From NCBI RefSeq assembly GCF_009914755.1, contig NC_060945.1: a stretch of DNA of 64,000 nucleotides; one strand, written 5' to 3'. Origin of the DNA: the human T2T-CHM13v2.0 reference genome, Homo sapiens. Every line of letters begins with the position of its first letter. The stretch's first letter is position 1. The position numbers and the translations under genes are program-made. The notes beneath the pieces are model-generated. The model saw nothing but the letters and a program-made list of their open reading frames with translations. It had not been told where the DNA came from and did no database searches. Below, piece after piece: positions 13,233 to 25,675 of this stretch.

Positions 13233-13697
13233 TGTGGCATTTAGCAAAAAAGCCATGGTTCCCTACGTGTCTCCCAAATATCCACATCTACCTAGAACCT
13301 CAGGTTGTCACGCTTTTTGGAAATAAGGTTTGTGTAAATGTGATTTGTTAAGATGAGGTCATACTAGATTAGGTTGGCTGCTAAATTCAATGATCAGCAT
13401 CCTTATAAGAAGAGGAGAAGACACACAGGGGTACACAGAGAGATGCCATGCGAAGACAGAGGCAGAAACTGGAGTAATGCAAAGATGACTCAAGGGATGT
13501 CAAGGGTTGCTGGGAGTCACCAGATGCTGGGGGAAGCAAGGAAGGATCCTCTCCTGGAGCCTTCAGAGGGAGCACAGAAATGCCAGCGCCTTGATCTTGG
13601 AATTCTAGCCTCTAGGGCTGTAAGAGAATACATTTCTGTTGTTTTAAACCACACAGTTTGTGGCAATTTGTTATGGCAGCCACAGGAAACTAACACA
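13233..13697 (+). mobile_element. MLT1C-like MaLR solo LTR
   Basis: ttaagatgaggtcatactagattagg...ccttataagaag...ccttcagagggagca...tttgttatggcagccacaggaaactaacaca. Confidence 0.85.
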
Positions 13698-13899
13698 GTC
13701 CCCTAACCTCAACCACTGAGCTTCACTGACTAGCTGGGAAGTTTCTCCCAGGAGGCCATGTTGTCCCTGAAGCCAGTCCCAATGGGACCGACATGATTGA
13801 CAGGCCAGGGAAGCCTCACCCCACAAGGCTGCATGCCCAGGTAAGTGTGTTTCTTGCACCGCCCTTGCCATGACAATGGCTTGTTCTGACTTACAGCTT

Positions 13900-14400
13900 T
13901 GTTACTTTGAACTTCAATCAATGGCTGAAAGAGGAACGTTGTTTTGACTAGGCTCGGGGTTTCTAAACTCCCCACTGTGTGGTTTCCAGGTCAGACAGTC
14001 AGGCTTTGTTCTGTGAATCATTGCTGAAAGATTCAATTAAATCTCGCTTCGTCCGCCTTGTGGCCAGGGTTTCAGTGACTTAGCAAGAACAGGAGCATGT
14101 AGCCAGTTGCTGAGGAAAGCCAGACATTTGAGGGGAGCGGGCTGCTGACACGAGGCAGGGAGCACAGAGATCTTCGGGGCTCCAGACAGCGGTGAAGAAT
14201 GAAGTCCCCAGGCGCCCAGCTTCTTGGCTGAGAAGGCAGCTGTTGATTCCTGACATACTAATTTAGGACCCGAAAGAGAAAGTGAGGGGGCTTTGTAAAA
14301 TCACTTAAAGGAGGCTGAATGTCAAGGGGGAGATGAGCCATGTGTTAGCACCACTGTCCTTTTCACGCAGGCATGAGAAAGAATCACAAATGTGAGTCTG
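13900..14400. promoter_or_regulatory. Candidate intronic cis-element (~+62 kb from P1)
   Basis: Unique, mildly CpG-enriched. PU.1-like AAAGAGGAAC near 13928, RUNX TGTGGTT 13978-13984, GFI1-like AATC cores 14015-14047, ARE/MARE TGACTTAGCA 14076-14085, E-box CAGCTG 14237-14242, ISRE-like GAAAGAGAAA 14272-14281. Confidence 0.5.
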
Positions 14401-15674
14401 GTTGAGATCTTTATGGTTAGGAGGCCTCCTTTGAAGTCTGACATCGCTAAAAAAATTCTCATAAAACCAAAGAGGGGGAAAAAAAGAGCATTTTATCCTA
14501 GCTAGGAGAGCACCAAAGTATGTGGAAAGGAGAAAAGGCTACAGCCCTCTGCAGAAACAGGAATTCGGCAGAACCCCAAGTCACTCAGAAAAGAGAAAAT
14601 GAAAGACAAGATTTCTTGAAGTGCCTGGAAAATGCTAGCTTTGTGTGCAGACTTGCTCTAGAGGGGACAGTCTTGTGTGATGCCAGAGATCCAGGCTGAT
14701 GAACGACTCCCATCCCCAGGGCACAGGTGGCCTGAAATCACGGAGATTCTTAGAACCTCAGTTTGGTTTCTTATTTATAGAATGAGACAATTCATGCCAC
14801 CTCTCTTTTCTCTTGCAGGATTTTGTGGGGCTCAGAGGAGTTGCTGTTTGTGAATTCACTCTGTAAATTTCTAGCATCCTATAATTGTAGACAAGTCAGT
14901 ATGCGCCCCTCCTCAAGGCTGGGCTTAGGATCCCAGGACATCCCTATTGCCTGCACCACATCGGGTGCCAGCTAAGGTAGAGGAGGGGTGCCAAGGAAGA
15001 TCAGAGAAGCCCAGCTCCTGGTGCCCCTGGGGTCAGTACGGTCCTTCTTCCCTTGTATCTGCAAAGGACTTGTGGACACAGCCGGGGGAAACATGGTTGC
15101 TAAGAGACTGGCATTGCTGCACTTTCGAGGACACCAGGCGTGTAGTCTCATCTTTCATCAACATTCCTGGGGCTGCTCCTTTCATACATGAGCCCAGAAG
15201 GACCAGGGCGGTGCAGATCCCAGGGAAGGGGATGGCAGGGCTCAGCTGCCCAGCCTGCTGTCCTGCTGTGGCTCTGTGCTGCAGCATCATCTAGTACTTT
15301 CAAAAACTGTGCTGTGGGCACTCGCCTCGGCTCCTGTACAACTGTCCTTCCCATCTCCATCTGCCAAACTCATTCTTACCCCTAGGACCTGCTGAGATGC
15401 TGCCTCTACCATGAAGCCATCCCTGAGAACAGTAGCTTGTTATTTCTACTGCTGCTTCCAGCTTTGATTGGCTCTTCCCTACTCATCCCCTCACCTGACA
15501 TCCGGACAGTGTGTGCAACAACTTATTATGATTATTATTGGGATGGTCTCCTCCGGCACCCATAATCCTGTCCTGAGTGAGCACCCTGCACATGAGGTTG
15601 TTTGAGAACACTGGCTGAACCTGTCAACAGTTGGTGGATTCTGATCCAGTAGCTGATAGTGGGCAGGAGAATAG

Positions 15675-16108
<434 letters not shown>

Positions 16109-17447
16109 CCAGATCTCTTTATACTGATCTTTGCCATTCTCTACTCTGCTTGGGGTAGCTTCTTAGTTCGTACTACAGCTTAAATGACTGATAGTTTTAC
16201 CTTTCTAGGAGAGCTGACTTCTCAGAGGTTACCTAAGCTTGAAGTCAAAGGCATGAGGCTGTGCTAGGAGGTGTGGGGGAGGAAGTTACTTTTGGAAGCC
16301 AGGGTCTTTCCCAGGCTTCTGAAATCATCCCCTTGGGCAACTGCCTGGCATGATGTGTCCCTGATTAAAGCAGTTTCTCTCCTCCTAGTCTACTTGGGAA
16401 GCTCTGAGGATGATTCTTTCTCTTTTGATACATCAAATCCACCCAAAGCAGCTTCTGAAAAAACTATGAAAAACTGGCCACAGGAGTGTTTGTTCTGGTA
16501 GAATTTAAATGTCTTTGTGCTGCAAAAGCTGAAATGTCTAGTAAGATTTCTGACCAAAGCCTTTCAGCTCACTATAAGCATTGGCACGAAGGGTAAACCA
16601 CAGGGATCCAGCTCTTACAATGCTTCATTCCCTTCTGCAGGCCCTAGAGACTCCCTGGGCTTTGCCTGCCACATCTGTACACTGGGGAGAAGGTGGATTA
16701 CCTCTTACGCTCCAAGTAGCAAGTCATTTAACCTCACTCCTCATGGGTTGGGGACGGGAGCATGCTCACAGGGTGGAAGGAGGATGAAACGGATGCACAG
16801 TAAATGTGAGCTGTTTTCACAATTACAAGTCTCACCTCCCACTCTGAGCTTCTATGACTCTATCGTTCATTTTTCTGCACAGGGACTGACTCAAGGCTCT
16901 AAGGTTCTATCTCTGTGCTGCTGCACTGAGCTGCTCCCTCCTGAATGTCTCTGCCTGTCAGTTTCATTCAGAGACCCCTGACCACCAGTAATCATCAGAT
17001 ATTTCATGCAGCTGGGTGAGGCATCAGATCCGACAAAATAGGAAGATTCTTTTTAAAACCAGAATCTCTAAAATGAGTTTGCTTGTGATGCAAGTAGGGT
17101 CTGGATCCTACAAACCACGGAAGACTTGCAGACAAGGCAGTTTCTTCTGGAAGCTTCCCCAGGGAAGAGCAGGAACCCCCAGAATGGCAGAGCTGCACGT
17201 GTGCCGCTGTGTGACATTCCTGGTGCTAAAAAGAAACAGTGATGGATCTTTGCCATAGTGGGGAAAAATGAGCCAGTGCAATAGGCCTAGTCATAAAAGG
17301 TGGATCAGAGGGAGGGTTTTAGTTGAAAGCTTTTGAGAGGTTGAGCTTCATTATCCTGCTGCTGTTATATGATGAACCACAGAGACGTGCACCCATACCA
17401 CTGGGGCTCTTTCATTAACGGATATAATGTTGGGATATGAGGAATAA

Positions 17448-17690
17448 TTTTTTTTTTTTGAGACGGAGTTTCACTCTGCCTCCTGGGTTCAAGTGATTCT
17501 CCTGCCTCAGCCTCCCGAGTAGCTGGGATTACAGGCACCCACCACCACGCCTGGCTAATTTTTGTATTTTTAGTAGAGACAGGGTTTACCATGTTGGCCA
17601 GGCTGGTCTTGAACTCCTGGCCTCAGGTGATCCACCCGCCTCGGCCTTCCAAAGTGCTGGGATTATAGGAGTGAGCCACCGTGCCCGGCT
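17448..17690 (-). mobile_element. AluS with internal deletion in the right arm
   Basis: gagtttcactctg joins directly to cctcctgggttcaag, lacking about 55 bp; TSD-like ggaataa. Confidence 0.9.
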
Positions 17691-18289
17691 GGGGAATAAA
17701 TTTTTGCTATACATTTTGCATAAAAGCAGACAAATGCTCAGTAACTTTTTCATAGAAACATCTGTAACTCTGTTCATGAGGAGAATGCCACAGGTCACTC
17801 ACTTATTTGCACAAAGAGCCGTACAGTTCAAGGGAACGCTGTGTCATTCTGTCCAACCAGGGGGTTAGAGAATCACTGATCACTAAAGCCAGGAGCAATG
17901 CTGGAAGCCTGTCTCCACTGCTGCGCTGGCGAAGACCGGGGCCCAGCCTCTGTGGTTCCACCTTGCCTGCCTCTCTTGCTATATCCCAGCTGCTTCAGGT
18001 TTTCTGAACATGCCAGGCCCCTACCTGCCCATAGATCCCTGGACATGCCTTTACCTCCTCCCGAAATTCCCTCGGTCCTCTCTTCCCTTGGCTAGATACC
18101 CCTTGTTAAAGAGAATATTCACATCTGCCATGGCTCCCTCAGCCTGGGTAGGCGCCCTGCCCTGTGCATTCTGGTTGGCCCTATGAGTCTGTTCCCTTCT
18201 GTGTCACCCCCAGTGGGGCCCTTGATGACATGGCTGTCCATGCAGTTTACCTCTACATAGCAGCTACGGGCACTTGGCTGACTTTATCT

Positions 18290-18490
18290 GACCAAACTGC
18301 ATAGCTATCACTATGTGCCCGGCAGCATTCCTAGCAGGGATTACGATGATGATGATGATGATGATGATGATGGTGATGATGACTGTTATTTCTGTTTTAC
18401 AGGTGGAAAAGCAGAGGCACAAAGCGGTGATGTGACTTGCCTGAAGTCACACGGCTACAAAGTGGTAGATAGGGGAACGGCTCCCACGTC
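18290..18490 (-). mobile_element. MIR fragment interrupted by (GAT)n at 18345-18382
   Basis: tgttttacaggtggaaaagcagaggcacaaagcggtgatgtgacttgcctgaagtcacacggct. Confidence 0.7.
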
Positions 18491-18928
18491 TGTATGGTCT
18501 GAACTGGGTTGTGTAGTGTTCCCCAAAGTTCATGTCCACATAGAACCTCAGAATGTGACCTTATTTGGATATAGCGTTTTTGAAGAAGTAACTGGTTAAG
18601 ATGAGGTCATCCTGGATTAGGGTGGGCTCTGAATCTAATGACTGATGTCCTTATAAGAAGAGAAAACGGACAGACAGAGGGAAGACCTCATATGATGCTG
18701 GAGGCAGAGACTGGGCTGATGTAGCCCAGAAGCTAAGGAGTGCTGGCAACTGCTGTAAGGTAGAAAGAGGCAAGGAAGGATTTCCCCCTAGAGCCTGCAC
18801 AGGGAGCAAGGGCCTGCCAACACCTTGATTTTGGACTTCTGGCGTCCAAAGCTGTGAAAATAATTTCTGTTGTTTTCAGCCACCCAGTTTGTAGTAATGT
18901 GTTATGGCAAGCATGGGAAAGTAACGCA
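18491..18928 (+). mobile_element. MLT1C-like MaLR solo LTR
   Basis: agaacctcagaatgtgaccttatttgg...aagatgaggtcatcctggattagggtggg...ctgccaacaccttgattttggacttctgg...gttatggcaagcatgggaaagtaacgca. Confidence 0.85.
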
Positions 18929-20292
18929 CCCCCTCTCAGGAGAGTGAAGCGGGCGGTGTCTCCAGGGGCCTGGACATTTCTGCCCCTTCCCAGGACAGGG
19001 TACAGAGCCAGCAGGCCTGCTTCCCTGGAAGTTCTGCCCGGTGGTGGATGTAGTGGGGGACTCCCAGATGGCGCACACATTGCACAGGCAGGCCAGCATG
19101 TTCCTCTCCCAAGATGGCATTTTGGGAGGTACACAGTGCTGGAGCACGAGCCAGGAGCCTGGGGCACATTCCCGGCAGCCAGACTTTGGAAAGCAGGAGG
19201 CAGCCACCTGGGGCTTCAATCTCCCTTTTTAGAAAATGAATCCCTGAAGTGAACATGAGTCAGGTACTGTTCTGGGCACTGAGGATGGATTAGGCAGTGA
19301 GATTGGTCCCAGTCTCTGTCTCCATGGAATTAACATCCTAGGGGTGACCAGCCATGAATCTCCCAATCATTAAACAAGTGGTGATTTCAGAGAGTGATAA
19401 GAGGTATAAAGAAAAACTCCCCTCTCAAAAGATTATGACGTTTCTTTCACAAGATTAAACATTACAAATATAAAAAAAAAAAAAGAAAAAAAAAAACAAC
19501 CCAAGAAATGGGATGGCGATGCCCTTTGGCCATGTTCACTGCTGCATATCCACACAAACGCCTTCGTGGCAGCCCAGGCAGTGCCCAGCAAGCTCAGACT
19601 CAGCCAGTCCTCGAGCTGGCCTGGCAGGGCTTTGCAATGCAGCTACCTTGTGGCCAGAGGGGCCCATCCAAGTCCAGTTTCTCCATGTCAGGGCTAGCAA
19701 TGAGGAGGATGACTGTGCAGGCAGCCTGCCCAGGCCTCAGCAGGGAGGGGAGCGGAGACTCCCTCCGGGTGGTTCTCTAGGCAGAGCTGCCAGCAGGGTG
19801 GACGGTTCCCTGAAAGGACCACTCTCTTGCCCTGCCAGGAAGGGCATCTGGGGCCTTTGGGAAGCACTCGTGGAAGGTGCTGGGTGCTTCACCTCGTATC
19901 TGGCGGACGCCATCACCTCTGCTCTACTTCTAGGGTGACTGCTTTGAGGAAGACGTGGCAATTTCAGAAGCTTTTTAAACTTCCCAGAGCAGAAGGCCAA
20001 GTTTCCCAATCTAATCTATATGCCTTAGCGATGTCACTCCTGGACAGGGATAATTTTAAATGCAAGCATACTGATGTAGCTATAGGATGGGGTAAGGTAA
20101 GATGTAGGGTAGAAACCATTATCTTAAAAAAAGAGCAACTTCAGAGAAAAAAGCAGTTCTAGGGGCAAACAAAACTGTACCAGAGGGGCTCCTAGGAACC
20201 TCAGGGACTTTCCATTTGATTTGCCTTTTCAGGTAAAACACCATTAATAGGAGCCAGAATAGAGTCAGAGGACAATGTCTGTTTGTTTGTCC

Positions 20293-20294
<2 letters not shown>

Positions 20295-20329
<35 letters not shown>

Positions 20330-20650
20330 TACAGGCACACACAGACACACACACAGGCACAGACACACACAGGCACACACACAGACACACACACACAGGC
20401 ACACACAGGCACACACACAGACACACACACAGACACACACAGGCACACACACACAGACACACAGAGACACACACACAGACACACACACAGGCGCACACAC
20501 ACACAGACACACACAGGCACACACACACAGACACACAGAGACACACACACAGACACACACAGGCGCACACACACAGACACACACACACAGACACACACAC
20601 AGACACACACACACACATACACAGACACACACACAGACACACACACACAC
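20295..20650. repeat. 356-bp compound (CA)n array with CAGA/CAGG/CAGAGA/CAGGCG interruptions
   Basis: Directly visible; gives the HT/CV-rich spurious ORFs. Confidence 0.97.
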
Positions 20651-21118
20651 GGGTATGTGACTGAGGAATGTGACATGAATGACCTGGCATAAATGCAATG
20701 TTCTAATTTATTCCACATCATTCACTGAGATTCTCCACTCACTAATTTTCCTAAAAGCAGATTTTTTCATATCCTTTGAAGTCAAGCAAGTGGTTTTGGG
20801 GAAAGGGTTGTTCCCTCCGGGCCGGCTGGCAACATACGGAATTGTCTCAAAAGCCCCGTTAGCAACAGAGGAAAGGTCAGCCCCCTCTTAGTGAATGGAG
20901 AAGGAGAAAGTAAAGGTTGTGATGATAAACATAGAGCAAGTTTTGACAACCATTGGATCATTTAACAGTACCAGAACATCTAGACGGAACCACATTTTTT
21001 TTTACCATTGCTATTCATATATTTTTTAAGAAAATTAAAAAAAAAACTTCCAAGACATTTTCTAAACTGGGAAGGAGGATAAAATATTTACCCATGGTGT
21101 AAACTATGTAAAATGCAA

Positions 21119-21496
21119 TAATGTGTAAGACCTGGTATTTGACAGCATAACAGGGTGACCATAGTCAATAATAATTTAATTGTACATTTTAAAATAACTA
21201 AAAGTATAATTGGATTGTTTATAACACAAAGAATAAATGCTGAGAGGATGGATACCCCATTTTCCATGACGTGATTATTGTATATTGCATGCCTATATCA
21301 AAACATCTCATGTACCCCATACATGAGATGTGTATAGGTACAATGTGTGCATAGGAGTGCAGTGGTGTGATCACAGCTCCACAGCTGTGCACCTGCTATG
21401 CGTATACACCTACTATGCACCTAAATGCCTAGGTACCTACATTTACGGGTACTACGTACCCGTAAAAATTGAAAATTAAAAAGAAAAATAAATAAA
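21119..21496 (+). mobile_element. L1MA-type 3' end with A-rich tail, interrupted by a complex insertion
   Basis: taagacctggtatttgacagcataacagggtgaccatagtcaataataatttaattgtacattttaaaataac...aaacatctcatgtacccca...tacacctactatg...aaaaattgaaaattaaaaag. Confidence 0.85.
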
Positions 21497-22212
21497 CGAA
21501 ATGATCTATTATCTTCTTCTACTGATGAGGACATAATGAAGGGTTTGGTATGTTAGACTCATACACATATATGCAGACTTCTGTGGTTGCAGTTAAATTG
21601 GTCAATAGATATAGACTGACCTAAGAAAAGAGGAATTAACTTCCAGCCTAATACTGACTGGGCACTTCTGTTCCCGTACACCCTCAGAGACTTCAGCCAA
21701 CTTCTGAAGCAGTTAATTGGCTTTCCTGGCTGGAACCGCAACGCCATTGCAGGCAAGTGTCTTGGAGCTCCAGACAGGCCCGTGAACAGGGTGGCAAGAA
21801 GTCTAGGAGAACATGAATCAGCCCCGCATGGACACCCGTGGCATTTAAGCCCGAAAGGAAACTTGACTGGTAGCCGAAGTCAGCAATGGATGCCAAGCAG
21901 GCTGTGCCATGTTGGGGGACTGAGGGGTGGGGACTGGCTCCTGAGCATGGCTGGTGGCCACGGAGGCCCCACCTTGTGAGGCCACTATGTCCCCTTTGGC
22001 CCTACACATCAGACTCCACCCTTCCCAGCAGACTCTCTGACCCTTTCAGCTCTGACCACAAAGGGTGGAACTTAATGAGCTGGGAACCCAATTTCTCACT
22101 GGTTTTGGTAAATTAAAAGCGATAAAATGAGTAATCCATTAAAGTCATCATTTTTCCTAACTGAAAAAAAAAAGTATGACAACTCTGTTGAGACTTGACC
22201 TCTTTGAAATAA

Positions 22213-22626
<414 letters not shown>

Positions 22627-25327
22627 TAGGAACTAATGCTGTCTTAATTATTTTCTCTGTCTCTCCTCTGCCTCTTCGAATGTACATGTGTAGGTGTATG
22701 TGTGTGTATATGTACGTGTTTCTTTTTATACTTGGCTTTTTGTAGCCATCATTTTTTATCTTTTAGAATGCCCCCACCACACATTCAGCATAGATTTGCT
22801 TTTCAGAATTTTGAACATTGAGAATTCTTTGAATATTTTCTAATACCTGAACATTTACCTTTATATGTCTGCAGCCTGTGGACAGGTGTGTAGAATAGCA
22901 GACTGTCAGACTTGGGAGGACCATGAGGCTATTGACTTGGACCTTCCATCTCATCAAGCAGGAATTCTCCCAAGGAACCACCGCCCTGACCTATCCCAGG
23001 GGTCAGGCCTGCCTAAACCAGGCTTGAGTTTTGTATATATTGCTCAGCTCAGTTGTAGAGCTCAGGTGTGATAACTCTGCCTAAGAGGGGATGAGGAGGA
23101 GGGCTAAATGGAGGGAAAAGTGGTACAGGAGAGAAAATAGAGAGAAAGGGACATTATAAGGGTGGGACTGGGGTCAGAGGCTGGGAACTGGGGGCTGGGG
23201 GAGATCTATCAGAAGAGAGCAGGCTGCAGGGACGTCCTCCTGGGTTCCTGCTGTGTCATGCGTCTGACCTTTTGTGTCTCTTTCTCAAACCCTGTTGATG
23301 TGTCAGCCCACGAGATGCTGGGGGTGTGGAGAGGACGAAGACCAGGGCAGAATCTTTGGCCTAAAAAGCAGAGTTCCTGGAACAGTGTCGACATTTTAAA
23401 AATATTAGCTAGCTTGAAGAGGAATGCTGAACTCTCTCTCTCTCTATTGTTCTCTCCTACTTAATTTCATAACTGATCTCCTCTTATTGAAACTGTAAGT
23501 GGAAAAAAAGATGGTTTCACAGAGATCCTCATTAAAGAAAGTGTTGCCGTAAGTAATCTAGTAATGTAGGCGTTCTGCAGCACAACATTCCTCCTGAGCT
23601 TATCACTTTACACTGTGAGGCCAAGATGTTAAAAAAAAATACACACATACACAGCAAACCCCTACTCCCAAACATAAGAGTTTAGATCTTGAGCAATAAG
23701 ACATAGATACTATCACAATATTTTGCAAATCTCAGAAACATTGCCACATTTTCCATAGGGTTAACATCTGAGATGAAAAACTAATTCAGAACTTATGATT
23801 CCTTTTAAAAAAATTCCCTTAGCCAAACTGAAGAAATTTACTCGGGAGAAGAAAATGACTTAACTTGTAGTTTCCACAATGAGAAACATATTCTCATGGC
23901 TTTCAGCCACTTTCTATCATTATGTGATGGGCTTAAATTGCATTCACTGACAGTGAATTAAAAGCATGAATGAAATCTTTAAATGAACAACTGAAATAAA
24001 ATCATGATTTAAACATCCTAGCACTTAAAAGTAAAAGAAACTTTTGCATGGCTGTAGACATAATGATCAATACTGAGTCTTAATCCCAAACCTGACAGCC
24101 CATATTTTTCAAACTGAGTGCCTCAAATTCACAATAAAAAAAAATAGGCCTCTTATTGCTGCAGTGAGATAGGGCAGTGTAATGCCTATGAGTGTGTCTC
24201 TTCCTGTGTTGTATCTGGCCTTGAGTCCACAGAATCCCCCAACATCAAAGGAAGCAGTAGGAGATGGTGTGTGGAACACCAGATAGCCGGAGGAAAGGGG
24301 AAACTCTTCCTTTGCCAAGAGGGATTGCTAAAATTAGATGGTAAAGTAGTCTTGGCACTGGAAGTCGTCTTGCTGACGATCAGCTTCAATAGATGATAGA
24401 ACTGTTGCTTATTTGGAGACTTTCAAAGAGAGGGGCTTACACCCCAGGCAGGAACGTCTTACCAGGCTGAAGAGCTCTTTCTGTGTGGAGATGCTTTCCT
24501 AGGTCTATCTTAAATTCTTCATGCTGATATTCAACCCCACTTCCTCTTGCTTTGGAGCTTAGTGCAGAAGGGGCCTTGCCAGGCACTATTCTTTTCCTGC
24601 AAACTTCCCAAGATGATTTTCATAACTCAAGACCATCATCCTTCTCTCCCCAACACCCCCAATCTGGGCGCTTCATTTTGGCCTTCTCTGTGCATTTGGG
24701 GTGCATGTGGAAAGAAGGTTCTGCAAGATGGGGTGGAAGGACCAGGACTGGGCTCTCACTTGGGCTGAGCGTATGGTCACCTGGCACATCCAGGGCCATC
24801 TCTACTCTCCTCCCCCATCTCCCTTGCCTCTGCCTTGCCCTGGTGACATTATCTAGACATCTACCACTCAAATGTATGACTTGGGTAAGCATTGCATCTT
24901 CTATGTTTCTCTTTTAAACTTTGAGACCATCAGGAAAGGGTTGAGCCTGTCAATATTAATATCTTTGCTGCCCTCGTTTCCTCTCAAGAAAATATTTAGG
25001 GAAGCAAGAAGGGCTGGGAGAGGGGATGAAGAGGAAAAGCAGGGGGCTTAGGAAAAGGGGACCTGAGCAGGGGCCACAGAGATCAGCCCCATTTTCCTGA
25101 GAACGTCCCTGTGGCTTCCTCAGAGGGACCACACAACGTCCAGAGACCACCGTGTGACTTTCAGAGATAACAGCGACAGTTCCTGGCAACATTTGCTCCC
25201 TCCCCCACCTCCATCCTTCATCCTCCTCCTCAGAGAATTTTATTTGGCTTTGGGCAACATGAAAGTCAACTCCACAGAGTGCAGAGGGAGTCAGAGAGCC
25301 CAGTCCTCATCTCATCTGGTCAGCTTC

Positions 25328-25675
<348 letters not shown>

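Noticed and set aside
20201-20721. Several His/Thr- or Cys/Val-rich ORFs
   Set aside because: Translations of the compound CA array.
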